Of a stretch of DNA of 64,000 nucleotides, positions 38,929 to 49,545 are shown piece by piece. Every line of letters starts with the position of its first letter. Position 1 is the stretch's first letter. The stretch is from Minisyncoccia bacterium (GTDB taxonomy: Bacteria; Patescibacteriota; Minisyncoccia; Moranbacterales; GCA-2747515). The translations under genes and the position numbers were made by a program. The stretch is taken from positions 63,345 through 127,344 of the forward strand of contig JBGSQF010000013.1 of assembly GCA_041738235.1 (NCBI GenBank), in the 5' to 3' direction. The notes under the pieces are model-generated. The model was not told where the DNA came from and ran no database searches. It was given only the letters and a program-made list of their open reading frames with translations.

Positions 38929-40269
38929 ATGAAGATAAAACCTCTTCCTCCCTATCTGGATGCCTGTTTTTTTTTGAGTGTCCTATTCGCTTTGCTTCCT
39001 ATATTTACGGTTGTCTACGCGGAATTTATAGGTCTTACATCGCTCCTGAGTGTCCTGATATTGATTCTTTATGTTGTAATGGCACTGCTATTTTTATCGC
39101 TTTCTCTTTCGCTCAAACGAAAAATGTTCTCAAAGCTCGCACATCAGGAGCAAACGCTCAAAGCCTCTGTTCAGGAGCTTAAGAAATTTAAACTTGCTGT
39201 GGATAATGCGTCAGACCATATTGCTATTACAGACGAAAATGGAATGATCCTGTATGCTAACAAGGCGGTCGAAAATGTTACGGGATTCTCTCAGAGTGAG
39301 ACGATAGGAAAGAAAGCTGGTGGAAAAGATCTATGGGGGGGAAGTATGGGTTCTGGTTTTTATAGGAAGCTTTGGGAAACTATCAAGGAAAAGAAACAAG
39401 TTTTTCGCGGAGAAGCTCACAATAGAAGAAAAAACGGAGATGAATATGTGGCGGCTCTAAGTATTGCGCCCGTTCTTGATAAAGAAAGGAACGTGGGGTT
39501 CTTTGTAGGCATTGAAAGAGATATTACAAAAGAAAAAGAGATCGACAAAGCAAAGACAGAATTTGTGTCTCTTGTGGCTCATCAGTTACGTTCCCCGTTG
39601 ACTGTTGTTCGTTGGTATGTGGAAATGTTGCTTAACCGAGAGCAGGGCGATATTACTAAGGAGCAAAAGCAGTCATTGCAGGAGATACAAGAAGGAAACC
39701 AAAGAATGACAGACCTGGTCAATATGTTTCTTAATATCTCACGTATCGAGATGGGAACGTTCTCTGTTTCTCCCGAGGAAGTACGCCCAAGTTTGGTCGT
39801 GAAGAGCGTGCTTGACGAGCTCAAGAGCATATATCAAAAGAAGCAGGTATCTATTGAGACGGAACTCGTGTCTGCCGAACGTGTGTATCTGCTTGATGTT
39901 GTTTTATTTCGTATTATAGTCCAGAACTTGATATCAAATGCGGTAAAGTATACTCCGGTAGAGGGTTCTGTTAGAATCCGGATCTACGAGGGGGAGGAGT
40001 CTTTGGTCTTTTCCGTCTCGGATACGGGCATAGGTATTCCGGAGAAGGATAGAAAATTCTTGTTTTCAAGAATGTTTCGTGCCAAGAACGCAGTTAATAT
40101 AGATGCTCAAGGGAATGGACTTGGGCTATACATTGTGAAGGAGATAGTAGAAACTTCTGGGGGATCTATTACTTTCACTTCGGAAGAGAACAAAGGATCC
40201 ACTTTTATCGTCCAGTTTCCAGTGACGGGAATGCGACGCAAAGAGGGGACAAAAAAGTTATCAGTGTAA
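38929..40269 (+). CDS. PAS-domain sensor histidine kinase
   Basis: Two TM segments, PAS domain, AHQLRSPL, NLISNAVKYT, DTGIGI, GNGLGL. Confidence 0.93.
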   Translation: MKIKPLPPYLDACFFLSVLFALLPIFTVVYAEFIGLTSLLSVLILILYVVMALLFLSLSLSLKRKMFSKLAHQEQTLKASVQELKKFKLAVDNASDHIAITDENGMILYANKAVENVTGFSQSETIGKKAGGKDLWGGSMGSGFYRKLWETIKEKKQVFRGEAHNRRKNGDEYVAALSIAPVLDKERNVGFFVGIERDITKEKEIDKAKTEFVSLVAHQLRSPLTVVRWYVEMLLNREQGDITKEQKQSLQEIQEGNQRMTDLVNMFLNISRIEMGTFSVSPEEVRPSLVVKSVLDELKSIYQKKQVSIETELVSAERVYLLDVVLFRIIVQNLISNAVKYTPVEGSVRIRIYEGEESLVFSVSDTGIGIPEKDRKFLFSRMFRAKNAVNIDAQGNGLGLYIVKEIVETSGGSITFTSEENKGSTFIVQFPVTGMRRKEGTKKLSV

Positions 40270-40311
40270 AATTTCTTGATTAATTGCTTTTTTTACTATA
40301 GCGTTAAACGT

Positions 40312-41778
40312 ATGAGAGAAGACATATTACAAACACGACTTCAAAAACTTGAAATGTTTCGTCAATCCGGACGTGATCCGTATCCGGAGAAGACAGACCG
40401 AAATACGATCGTGGCGGATGTAGCCGCATCGTTTTCCGCGTGGTCGGAATCGGGAAAAGAAGTGATATTAGCAGGTCGGGTACGATCGATGCGTGTTATG
40501 GGAGCAGTGGCATTTGCACATGTCGAGGACGAATCGGGTAAGATGCAGATCTTTTGTAAAAAGGATATTTTAGGCGTTGATGAGTTCGGTCTTTTGAAAA
40601 GCACTGTTGAGATCGGGGATTTTATTGAAGTGACCGGGATACTTTTTTTAACCAAGCAAGAGGAAAAAACTGTAGAAGTACATTCTTGGAAGATGCTTGC
40701 GAAAGCCACGCGTCCTATACCTACGGAACATTTTGGGATCAAAGATGAGGAAATACTTTTGCGAAAACGATATTTGGATCTTTTACTCAATCCTGAAACG
40801 CGCGAATTGTTTCGTAAGAAGAACATATTTTGGCAAACAGTTCGTACGTTCCTTGCGGAGCGAGGATTTCTTGAGGTGCAAACGCCGGTTTTGGAGAATA
40901 TTCCTGGTGGCGCTGATGCGGAACCATTTACTACTCATCACAATGCCCTAGATCGTGATTTTTATATGCGTATCTCCTTGGAACTTTCCTTAAAGCGTCT
41001 TTTGGTGGGAGGATACGAAAAGGTATTTGAGATCGGGAGGCTTTTTCGAAATGAAGGAGTGGATCGGGAACATTTGCAGGAATATGATGATGTGGAATTT
41101 TACTGGGCATACGGGGATCTTGAGAAGGGAATGAAACTTTGTGAGGATCTGTTCCGATCTCTTGTAAAAAATGTTTTGGGCGGATATGAACATACCTTTG
41201 AGGGAGAAACGATCGATTGGGAGAAGCCGTTCTTAATGATCGATTATTTTGAGGCTTTTAAGAATGAAACAGGGATCGACCTTTCCAGGGATGTGTCCAT
41301 AGAAGATCTCAAAAAGAAGGCGGATGCATTAGGGATCAAATATGAGGCATCATATGGGAAGGGCAGAATGATCGATACTCTGTATAAAAAAACCGTTCGA
41401 CAAAAGCTTATCCAGCCGTGTTTTTTGGTAGGTCATCCTATTGAGGTGTCACCGTTGGCTAAAGCTGATCCCCAAAATCCTAAACGAGTTCTTCGCATGC
41501 AGATCGTAGCAGGGAGATCGGAGCTGTGTAATACTTTTGCCGAATTGAATGATCCGATCGAGCAGCGTCGTCGATTTGAGGATCAAATGAAACTTCGTGA
41601 AGCGGGGGACGCTGAGGCGCAGATGCTCGATGAGGACTTTGTAGAGGCTTTGGAATATGGCATGCCCCCAGCATTTGGTTTTGGGATGAGCGAGCGATTT
41701 TTTGCCTTTCTTGTGGGTCGGTCAGTGCGAGAGACGGTCATATTTCCTCCAATGAGAGAGGCGGAGAATGATAAGTAA
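40312..41778 (+). CDS. lysS: Lysine--tRNA ligase (class II)
   Basis: EVQTPVL, GGADAEPF.THHNAL, LKRLLVGG, YGMPP..G.G. Confidence 0.97.
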   Translation: MREDILQTRLQKLEMFRQSGRDPYPEKTDRNTIVADVAASFSAWSESGKEVILAGRVRSMRVMGAVAFAHVEDESGKMQIFCKKDILGVDEFGLLKSTVEIGDFIEVTGILFLTKQEEKTVEVHSWKMLAKATRPIPTEHFGIKDEEILLRKRYLDLLLNPETRELFRKKNIFWQTVRTFLAERGFLEVQTPVLENIPGGADAEPFTTHHNALDRDFYMRISLELSLKRLLVGGYEKVFEIGRLFRNEGVDREHLQEYDDVEFYWAYGDLEKGMKLCEDLFRSLVKNVLGGYEHTFEGETIDWEKPFLMIDYFEAFKNETGIDLSRDVSIEDLKKKADALGIKYEASYGKGRMIDTLYKKTVRQKLIQPCFLVGHPIEVSPLAKADPQNPKRVLRMQIVAGRSELCNTFAELNDPIEQRRRFEDQMKLREAGDAEAQMLDEDFVEALEYGMPPAFGFGMSERFFAFLVGRSVRETVIFPPMREAENDK

Positions 41779-41798
41779 ATTTTTGGGTCCTTAATGTT

Positions 41799-42788
41799 AT
41801 GAAGACCGTGATGATATTTGGGACATTCGATGGTTTGCATGAGGGGCATCGATCACTTTTTCGCCAGGCTAAGAAGCATGGCGATTTTTTGATCGTTGTA
41901 GTGGCGCGTGACACGACCGTGATGTTGGTGAAAAAACGCTTGCCTAAATATCGTGAGTGCGTTCGATACGCGATGCTTTGTGGTGAAGAACACGTCGATA
42001 AAGTGGTCCTAGGTGATGAGAAGGATAAATACGCAGTTATAAGAGCTCATAATCCGGATGTAATATGTTTAGGTTATGACCAAGAGAAGTTTGTTCAGAA
42101 ATTATATGAAAAGTTTCCCGGGGAGATCGTTCGACTTCTGCCATTTCAACCAGAAAAGTATAAATCTTCTAAGATAGAAAAAGAGGATCATATTTACCCA
42201 GCAGCTAAGAATGTTTTGCGCAGACATCTTTTTATCAAAAGAACGGAAATCCCCTTGGAAAAGAGAAAGAGAGATTCTCAATCGATAGTCTCTGCACTTT
42301 TCTCTCTTTCAGAAATACGGCGAGCTTCTGTCATTGCTCTTTATTATCCTATGCGGGCTGAAGTAGATATACGCGAACTTTTATGGAAATTCTTAGAAGA
42401 GGAAAAAATAGTCCTTGTTCCTTTGATGAAAAGAGGGGATCAAATGATCTTTTCTCAAATTACGAAGGAAACAGAATTTAGAAAAGGCGAGGGTGGATTT
42501 AGAGTTCCGCTTCACGTATCTCCGTACAATGGCGATATAGATGTCTGTATTGTTCCATGTGTGGGCTTTGACGCACGGGGAAATCGTCTGGGTCGTGGAA
42601 AGGGATGTTATGATCGTATCTCAGCGGAGTATCTTAGGACTTTTTTTGTAGGAGTTGCTTTTGAGGAGCAGGAGGTTTTGTGTCTTCCAGTTGAGTCTCA
42701 TGACAAGCGAATGGATGTTCTTTGTACTGCAGAAAAGGGTTTGCCTGTGATACGAAGATATGATACTCTCGTTACGGAAAACGCTTAA
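41799..42788 (+). CDS. Cytidylyltransferase/RibL-like domain fused to 5-formyltetrahydrofolate cyclo-ligase
   Basis: N-term FGTFDGLHEGH..VVARD..LGYDQ..KSS; C-term VP.VGFD.RG.RLG.GKGCYDR..E.HD..MD. Confidence 0.85.
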   Translation: MKTVMIFGTFDGLHEGHRSLFRQAKKHGDFLIVVVARDTTVMLVKKRLPKYRECVRYAMLCGEEHVDKVVLGDEKDKYAVIRAHNPDVICLGYDQEKFVQKLYEKFPGEIVRLLPFQPEKYKSSKIEKEDHIYPAAKNVLRRHLFIKRTEIPLEKRKRDSQSIVSALFSLSEIRRASVIALYYPMRAEVDIRELLWKFLEEEKIVLVPLMKRGDQMIFSQITKETEFRKGEGGFRVPLHVSPYNGDIDVCIVPCVGFDARGNRLGRGKGCYDRISAEYLRTFFVGVAFEEQEVLCLPVESHDKRMDVLCTAEKGLPVIRRYDTLVTENA

Positions 42789-42804
42789 CAATAAGTTATT
42801 TTGT

Positions 42805-43254
42805 ATGGAATTTAGGCATCAGCCCGAAAAGACACCATTGAGGATCCTTACGTCACCGTTTATCTTATTTATGATCGTGCCTTTTGTTTTTCTTGATATT
42901 TGTTTGGAAGTGTATCATCGAATATGTTTTCCTGTTTACGGTATTTCACTTGTAGATCGAAGGAAATATATTCGTATTGATCGGCATAAACTTTCTTATC
43001 TTAAGGGGGTTGAAAAGGTATTTTGTGTATATTGTGGATATGCAAATGGACTTTTGCAGTATGCAACAACTGTTGCGGCCGAAACCGAGAGATACTGGTG
43101 TGGGATCAAGCATAGCCCAGCAGTGGGACTTATAGATCCCCCGCACCATAAGGATTTTCTTCCCTATGCGGATAAGGGAGCATTTGAAAATTTCGTCTCT
43201 CAGAAGGTTCCTACGCGGGAAAAAGACGCCCACTCAGCGGTTGAAGAAACATAA
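42805..43254 (+). CDS. Conserved hypothetical membrane protein
   Basis: F..YGI..V.R.KYI..DR..L.YL...EK..C.YC.YANG..TERYWC.IKH. Confidence 0.75.
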   Translation: MEFRHQPEKTPLRILTSPFILFMIVPFVFLDICLEVYHRICFPVYGISLVDRRKYIRIDRHKLSYLKGVEKVFCVYCGYANGLLQYATTVAAETERYWCGIKHSPAVGLIDPPHHKDFLPYADKGAFENFVSQKVPTREKDAHSAVEET

Positions 43255-43310
43255 TATCTGGAGAGTCTAGTCATGAACACCCATCGCACATGTGTGCACA
43301 AATAAAAAAA

Positions 43311-44018
43311 ATGAGTGGTCAGATATACAAAGAGCTCAAATTGTATGCAGATCCTACGAGGGCCAAACATTCATTGAGATTTTTTAAGTGTGGAAAGGGA
43401 CAGTATGGGGAAGGAGACCTTTTTCTGGGAATAACAGTGCCCCAGTTACGAAAAACTGCGAAGAAATATTTTCAAGACATTTCATTTGAACCTGTTCAGG
43501 AGCTTTTGGAGAGTGTATACCACGAACATCGCTTGTTAGGTCTACTCTTTTTGGTGTACAAGTTTGATAGATCTACTGAAAAAGAGCAGGCGAAAATATA
43601 CCGTTTTTATAAAAAGAACATTCGTCGGATCAATAACTGGGACCTAGTCGATGTTACCACACCTCGCATTGTAGGAGAGTATCTTTGGGATCACGTTGGT
43701 GAACGAAAGATCTTGAAGCGATGGACCACTGCGAAGAATATGTGGGAAAGGCGTATTGCAGTACTCGCTACATTCGCTTTCATAAAAAGAGGAAGATTCC
43801 AGGAGTCCTTCGATATCGCCAAGGCACTTTTACAAGATCCGGAGGATCTTTTGCACAAAGCCGTTGGTTGGATGTTACGAGAAGTGGGCAAGCGTGATCA
43901 GGTCGTATTGGAAAAGTTTCTTCTTGAGCGTGGGGCGCATATGCCACGCACAACACTTCGATATGCTATTGAGAGGTTTGATGAGAAGAAGAGAAAAGAA
44001 TATCTTTTATTAAAATAA
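43311..44018 (+). CDS. DNA alkylation repair protein (AlkD-like)
   Basis: FFK...GQYGEGD.FLG..VP, NNWDLVD, HKAVGWMLRE, MPRT.LRYAIE. Confidence 0.92.
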   Translation: MSGQIYKELKLYADPTRAKHSLRFFKCGKGQYGEGDLFLGITVPQLRKTAKKYFQDISFEPVQELLESVYHEHRLLGLLFLVYKFDRSTEKEQAKIYRFYKKNIRRINNWDLVDVTTPRIVGEYLWDHVGERKILKRWTTAKNMWERRIAVLATFAFIKRGRFQESFDIAKALLQDPEDLLHKAVGWMLREVGKRDQVVLEKFLLERGAHMPRTTLRYAIERFDEKKRKEYLLLK

Positions 44019-44029
44019 AAATACTTACC

Positions 44030-44758
44030 ATGAAAGGAAAAAATGGTGAACAAGACGGGATAAAGATATTCTTGTCAACTCGAGATGACGGGAATATGGC
44101 TTTTTATGCAGGGGAAGAGCGTGGGAGGTCTTTTGAGAATAGAGAATGTTTTTTTCAAGAGAGGGGCCTTGATCTTTCTCGGGCTGTTTTCTTGCAGCAA
44201 ACGCATAGTGATCATATTTTGGTGGTTGGAAAAGAAAATGCTGGACGAGGGGTGAGTAGTCATGAAGACGCCTTGTCAGACGCGGACGCACTTGTAACTG
44301 ATGTTCCTGGAATCACCTTGTGTGTTCAGGTGGCTGATTGCGCGCCTATATTGCTTTTTGATCCGGTCCGTCGAGTGATCGCCGCGGTGCATTCCGGGTG
44401 GCGAGGCACCTTACAGAACATTGTAGGAAAAACTGTCTTGAAAATGGCTGACACTTTTGGCTCGGAGGCAAAGGATATACAAGTGTGGATCGGTCCAGCC
44501 ATAGAAGGTTCTTGTTTTGTTGTCGACGATCGGATCGCTGATCCAGTGAAAGCGAATGGTTTTTTAGGGCTTTCTGATGATGAAACGCATTGGGACATTT
44601 CGGTAGCTTGTAGGGGGCAACTTGTTCGGGAGGGCGTCAGAGAAGAGAACATCGATATGTCAGGGGAGTGTACGGTATGTAACAAAGAACAATATTTTTC
44701 TTATAAAAGGGAAGGAGATCATGCGGGTAGAATGTTGGGGGGTATCGTGCTTATTTAG
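44030..44758 (+). CDS. pgeF: PgeF/YfiH family (peptidoglycan editing factor / purine nucleoside phosphorylase)
   Basis: QTHS, ADALVT, VADCAP, AVHSGWRG, CT.C....FSY. Confidence 0.92.
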   Translation: MKGKNGEQDGIKIFLSTRDDGNMAFYAGEERGRSFENRECFFQERGLDLSRAVFLQQTHSDHILVVGKENAGRGVSSHEDALSDADALVTDVPGITLCVQVADCAPILLFDPVRRVIAAVHSGWRGTLQNIVGKTVLKMADTFGSEAKDIQVWIGPAIEGSCFVVDDRIADPVKANGFLGLSDDETHWDISVACRGQLVREGVREENIDMSGECTVCNKEQYFSYKREGDHAGRMLGGIVLI

Positions 44759-44858
44759 GGTATGTGGACTGTGATATACTAAAGTGCATGGTGGGGGGAG
44801 ATTTATGAGCTGGTGGTAAGCCGTGGAGGTTAGCGCGACATAGATAGCTAAAAACCTT

Positions 44859-45362
44859 ATGAAACTTCTTCAAGAACTTCGAGAATCAGATCTGGGAATA
44901 GAGCCGAAAGAAAGCGCGGGTTTTTTGGAGGTGCGTAATGCGGTGCGAGCAGTGGTGTTTGATGCGGAGGGTCGGGTGGGCGTGGCGCATGTGGCCGATG
45001 GAAATTATTGGAAGATCCCCGGAGGGGGCGTTGAGAAGGGAGAGAGTTTTGTGCAAGCCCTGGAAAGAGAGCTTATGGAGGAGGCGGGAGTGAAGGCAAC
45101 CGTGGAGGGAGAGATCGGGGTAATCATCGAGCATCGCGATCAATGGAAGCAACTGCAAATTTCATACTGCTATCGGGCGCGTGTAGAGGGGGAAAAGCAG
45201 GTCCCAAAATTTGATGAGACAGAACGGGAAGAAGGATTTTCGTTTCACTGGTTACCCTACGGGGAAGCACTGCAAAAGTTTCGAGGAAACACCTCGCTAA
45301 CCTATGAATCACAATTTATGCAAACGCGGGATGGGATCTTTTTAAAGAAGGTCCCTATATAG
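44859..45362 (+). CDS. NUDIX hydrolase
   Basis: PGGGVEKGESFVQALERELMEEAG. Confidence 0.9.
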   Translation: MKLLQELRESDLGIEPKESAGFLEVRNAVRAVVFDAEGRVGVAHVADGNYWKIPGGGVEKGESFVQALERELMEEAGVKATVEGEIGVIIEHRDQWKQLQISYCYRARVEGEKQVPKFDETEREEGFSFHWLPYGEALQKFRGNTSLTYESQFMQTRDGIFLKKVPI

Positions 45363-45371
45363 AGCAACTTT

Positions 45372-45719
45372 ATGAGAGCATTTCTGAGAAAAATTTATAC
45401 TTGGCATAGAAACAACGGATGGGCTCCGGCACTATGCCTAATGATTACCTTTTTTCTCGTGGGGCAGGTTACGCAGATATTTGTAGGGTCTCCTCGTAGA
45501 TCAAGCGAGACATTGTTTCCTGTTTACCTTGCTCTTTTTAGTTTTTTCTTTGTGCTGATCGCGGTACAGGCAATTGGAACTGCATTATCAGGGGTATATC
45601 AGTTTCGACAAAATCGGTTACTCGTTGGGGCCTTGAATATTTTATTAGGCATCGGTATTATATTACTTTTTGGGTTCGTGATATTGGTATTTGTAATTCA
45701 TCCGCCAGGAGTAAACTAA
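45372..45719 (+). CDS. Hypothetical three-TM membrane protein
   Basis: Three hydrophobic segments, within operon. Confidence 0.6.
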   Translation: MRAFLRKIYTWHRNNGWAPALCLMITFFLVGQVTQIFVGSPRRSSETLFPVYLALFSFFFVLIAVQAIGTALSGVYQFRQNRLLVGALNILLGIGIILLFGFVILVFVIHPPGVN

Positions 45720-45731
45720 AAAGCAAGGCAT

Positions 45732-47024
45732 ATGGAAATTCTTTTTCATGGAGCGGGGAGAGAGATCGGGAAGAGTTGTATTGAGATCAAGAGTCAAGGG
45801 CAGCGTTATTTGTTAGATGCCGGAGTGAAGTTTGTCGGTGGAGGGATACAATATCCTCAATATCTTGAAGAGGTGGAGGAGGTGGATGCGGTATTCCTTT
45901 CACATGCACATCTCGACCATTCCGGAGCGCTGGCGTTCTTTGAGCATAAACGCTTGGGATCTTCGATATATAGTACGGAGTTGACCTGGACGATCACGCG
46001 GATGTTACTTGAAGACACACGGCATCTTGAGCAACTTCGTCGTGTTCGACCAACGTTTAGTGCTAAGGATATTGATCGAGTTGAGCAAGACATCGTGTAT
46101 GTAGAGTATGATAAACGGTATCAAACCAAAGATGGAAAGGTGAATTTTCAGTTTCTTAACTCTGGACATATACCTGGGGGCGCTTCAGTTCTTCTTGAAT
46201 TGGAAGGGAAGAAAGTTCTCTATACGTCAGATATAAATACACAGGAGACTCGGCTAATGATACCGTCGGTAGTTCCTACACAATGCCCTGAGGTGGATGC
46301 ATTGATCATTGAAGGGACCTACGGCGCGCGCAGTCATCCTGATCGAAAACTTACGGAGGAAGGGTTCATCAAGTCTATCCGGACATGTATGGAAGGTGGC
46401 GGATCGGCACTTGTTCCAGTTTTTGGAGTAGGAAGAAGTCAGGAAGTACTTATGGTGCTTGATGCCTTGCGAGGGGAATACCCGATCTATTTGGACGGTA
46501 TGGCCCGTGGACTTCTTGATGAAACACTGCGATCGGACGATCCCTATATTCGTGGAAATGATGTATTGCGTAAGATGGCTCGATATGTAAAGAAGGTACA
46601 ACGTCATGATCGTGAGAGGCTTCTTAAAGAAAAAAATGCTATCATTGTCTCTACTTCGGGTATGGTAGAGGGCGGTCCTTCTACCTTTTATGCGAGGAGT
46701 TTTATAGAAAAGAAGGAAAACTTTATCATCCTTACGGGATACCAAGCCAATGGTACACAGGGAAGGTCGCTCTACGATGACCATGTGTTCTTTGAAAACG
46801 GTGAGCCGATCCCCGCTAAATGCCATATGCGCAAGTTTAGTTTTTCGGCACATCTTGACCAGGGGGCACTCCACGATTTTGTGAATGCGATCAAACACAA
46901 GGACCTTATTTTGCAGCACGGAGATACGGACTCTTTGGATGTATTTTCGGCTTATGCCGTGGAGAATCTTCCTTCAACGAAAGTACATGTTCCGCATGTG
47001 GGCGAGACGATCCGTATTGAATAA
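45732..47024 (+). CDS. MBL-fold beta-CASP nuclease
   Basis: SHAHLDHSG, GHIPG, EGTYG, GR.QE, GYQA.GT.G, FSAH. Confidence 0.92.
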   Translation: MEILFHGAGREIGKSCIEIKSQGQRYLLDAGVKFVGGGIQYPQYLEEVEEVDAVFLSHAHLDHSGALAFFEHKRLGSSIYSTELTWTITRMLLEDTRHLEQLRRVRPTFSAKDIDRVEQDIVYVEYDKRYQTKDGKVNFQFLNSGHIPGGASVLLELEGKKVLYTSDINTQETRLMIPSVVPTQCPEVDALIIEGTYGARSHPDRKLTEEGFIKSIRTCMEGGGSALVPVFGVGRSQEVLMVLDALRGEYPIYLDGMARGLLDETLRSDDPYIRGNDVLRKMARYVKKVQRHDRERLLKEKNAIIVSTSGMVEGGPSTFYARSFIEKKENFIILTGYQANGTQGRSLYDDHVFFENGEPIPAKCHMRKFSFSAHLDQGALHDFVNAIKHKDLILQHGDTDSLDVFSAYAVENLPSTKVHVPHVGETIRIE

Positions 47025-47035
47025 CGTAAAAGGGT

Positions 47036-47695
47036 ATGAAGAAAATCAAGGGAGTGTTATTTGATTTTGATGGGGTGATCCACAATACCTTTCATACGCA
47101 CCTCAGAAATATACGTGAGTTTTCAGGGTATCCTCTTACGGAACAGGAATATCGTGATATGCATAATGGGAATTTTCATGGGCATTCTCTTGATGGTTTA
47201 AAGGATATGGATTGGTTGGCCTACCGAAATTTTGTTCGAAAACATTTTGGAGAGCTTGTGATCGATCCAGAGGTGCAAAACTCTCTCAGGGAACTTGCGA
47301 GGGAACGGGAATTGTTTATTGTGAGTTCTGGTGGAGAGAGTGTTATACGAGAATATCTTGAGAGGAATGGTGTTTTGGAGATCTTTCGGACAGTGCTGGG
47401 AAGGGAATTCCATGCGTCCAAAGTGGATAAGTTCAAGTATATTTTTCAGCATTATGGATTTGGAAGTCGTGAAAGCGTGTTTGTGACGGATACTTTGGGG
47501 GATATTTTGGAGGCGAACGTTGTAGGACTCGAAACGATCGCCGTGGATTTTGGTTTTCATTCGAGAGAAAAGTTGCAAGAAGGAAATCCTTATTCGATCG
47601 TTTCTGACTTTAAAGACATAATTACTGTCGTAGAATCCTATGAATCAAGAGAGCAGACCGAGCGTTGGGATCGGAGTGATCATTCTCCGAGATAA
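47036..47695 (+). CDS. HAD family hydrolase
   Basis: FDFDGVI, IVSS, K, VTDT.GDI. Confidence 0.9.
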   Translation: MKKIKGVLFDFDGVIHNTFHTHLRNIREFSGYPLTEQEYRDMHNGNFHGHSLDGLKDMDWLAYRNFVRKHFGELVIDPEVQNSLRELARERELFIVSSGGESVIREYLERNGVLEIFRTVLGREFHASKVDKFKYIFQHYGFGSRESVFVTDTLGDILEANVVGLETIAVDFGFHSREKLQEGNPYSIVSDFKDIITVVESYESREQTERWDRSDHSPR

Positions 47696-48053
47696 TAAGG
47701 TGCTTATGGGACTTCGGAAGGGACCTCATGGGAAAGGGGCGTGGTCCTTTCCCGGAGGACACTTGGAGCATGGAGAGACCCCGGAGGAGTGTGCCGTTCG
47801 TGAAACGTTGGAGGAAACAGGCGTGCATATAGGAACGGTTCAACGGGGACCATTTACGAATGATATTTTTGAGGAAAGTGGGAAACATTACGTAACGCTC
47901 TATATGATCGCTTTTGGCATACAGGGAGATCCGAAGGTAATGGAACCGGAAAAGTGGGATCGATGGGAGTGGTTTCCGTGGGACACAATGCCTGAGAACC
48001 TATTCCTTCCGATACAGCATCTTTTGGAGTTGGGGTATCATCCAAAGAATTGA
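47640..48053 (+). CDS. NUDIX hydrolase (NUDT15-like)
   Basis: RP.VGIG..RKG.HG.G.WSFPGGHLEHGE..RETLEETG, EPEK..WEWF. Confidence 0.92.
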   Translation: MNQESRPSVGIGVIILRDNKVLMGLRKGPHGKGAWSFPGGHLEHGETPEECAVRETLEETGVHIGTVQRGPFTNDIFEESGKHYVTLYMIAFGIQGDPKVMEPEKWDRWEWFPWDTMPENLFLPIQHLLELGYHPKN

Positions 48054-48078
48054 CGAAGGAGTGCTTACGCGGTAATAT
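48050..48078 (+). promoter_or_regulatory. Sigma70 promoter of serS
   Basis: TTGACG-17-TAATAT. Confidence 0.55.
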
Positions 48079-48100
48079 TGTTCTATAGAATCAAAAAAAT

Positions 48101-49402
48101 ATGCTTGATATCCAATTCATTCGAGAAAATCCCGATGTGGTACAGCGCGCCATCGAGCATAAGCGAATTTCATTGCATATAGACGATGTGCTTTCGGCAG
48201 ACAAGAAACGCATTGACCTTCAGAAAGAGATAGAAGAACTTAAGGCGGAAAAGAATCGCTTGAGCGAACGGATCGCCCAGGCCTCTTTGGAAGATCGCCC
48301 CGCTTTGATCGACGGGGGTAAGAAAGTCAAGGAAAAATTGGATGCTTTGGAACCGACGTTTCGTGATGCAGAACTGATCTATCAGGAGATCATGCTTCGG
48401 GTTCCTAATATCCCTTCAGAAGATACGCCGGTGGGAAATGATGAAAATGGGAATGTCGTGATCCGGCAGGTGGGAAAGAAACCGGAGTTTCATTTTGCGC
48501 CCAAGGAGCACTGGGAGATTGGAGAAGCGCTTGATCTCATTGATTCTGAGCGGGCAGTGAAGGTAAGTGGTGCACGTTTCAATTATCTCAAAGGAGATCT
48601 AGTAATGCTAGAGTTTGCTTTAATGCAATTTGGATTGTCTGTATTGACGAGCGAAGAAAAGATCCGAGAAATCTCCAAGAATGCTGGGCTGGATATTTCC
48701 ACAAAACCTTTTGTTCCAGTGTTGCCTCCAGTGATGATGCGGCCTGAGATGATGATGCGTATGGCACGTCTTAATCCAGAGGAAATGTATCAAATGAAAG
48801 AGGATGATCTGGTGCTTGTAGGAAGTGCTGAGCATACTTTAGGTTCGATGTATGCCGATGAGATATTGGAAGAAAACGATCTGCCGATCCGTATGGTAGG
48901 CTTTTCGACGGCCTTTCGTCGGGAGGCGGGAACGTATGGAAAGGACACGAAGGGCATGCTTCGCGTGCACCAATTCAATAAGCTTGAAATAGAGACCTTT
49001 TCTACTCCGGAAATGGCCCGCGCTGAGCAGGATCTTAATGTGGCTATCCAGGAATATTTGATGCAGCAACTTGGTATTCCGTACCAGGTGGTGGCAGTGT
49101 GCACCGGGGATATGGGAAAGCCGGATGTCCGACAGATGGATATTGAGGCATGGATGCCGGGACAGAACACATATCGAGAAACCCACACCGCTGATCTTAT
49201 TGGGGAGTTTCAGGCACGACGCTTGAACACGCGTGTGCGACGATCGGATGGAATGTTACAATGTGTACATATGAATGACGCAACGGCCTTCTCTGAGAGA
49301 CCATTGATCGCAATATTGGAAAATTATCAACAGGAAGACGGCAGCGTATTGGTACCAGAGGTGTTGCAGAAATGGGCAGGAAAAGATACAATACGACTAT
49401 GA
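48101..49402 (+). CDS. serS: Serine--tRNA ligase
   Basis: MLDIQFIREN, AFRREAG..GKDT.G..RVHQF.K.E, ILENYQQEDGS. Confidence 0.97.
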   Translation: MLDIQFIRENPDVVQRAIEHKRISLHIDDVLSADKKRIDLQKEIEELKAEKNRLSERIAQASLEDRPALIDGGKKVKEKLDALEPTFRDAELIYQEIMLRVPNIPSEDTPVGNDENGNVVIRQVGKKPEFHFAPKEHWEIGEALDLIDSERAVKVSGARFNYLKGDLVMLEFALMQFGLSVLTSEEKIREISKNAGLDISTKPFVPVLPPVMMRPEMMMRMARLNPEEMYQMKEDDLVLVGSAEHTLGSMYADEILEENDLPIRMVGFSTAFRREAGTYGKDTKGMLRVHQFNKLEIETFSTPEMARAEQDLNVAIQEYLMQQLGIPYQVVAVCTGDMGKPDVRQMDIEAWMPGQNTYRETHTADLIGEFQARRLNTRVRRSDGMLQCVHMNDATAFSERPLIAILENYQQEDGSVLVPEVLQKWAGKDTIRL

Positions 49403-49492
49403 AATATTTTTGCGTCCAAAACAACAACAGTATCATTATTATAAGCTCCTCTATCGGAAGGTTGTTTTGAGATGTTTTCCCCCAGACACTTC

Positions 49493-49524
49493 AAAAGAGC
49501 CCTCCGAGTCGAGGGCTTTTTTTT
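49493..49524 (+). terminator. Intrinsic terminator between serS and a small ORF
   Basis: AGAGCCCTC-CGAGTC-GAGGGCTTTTTTT. Confidence 0.75.
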
Positions 49525-49545
49525 CATCCTAACTTTGGAGGAGAT

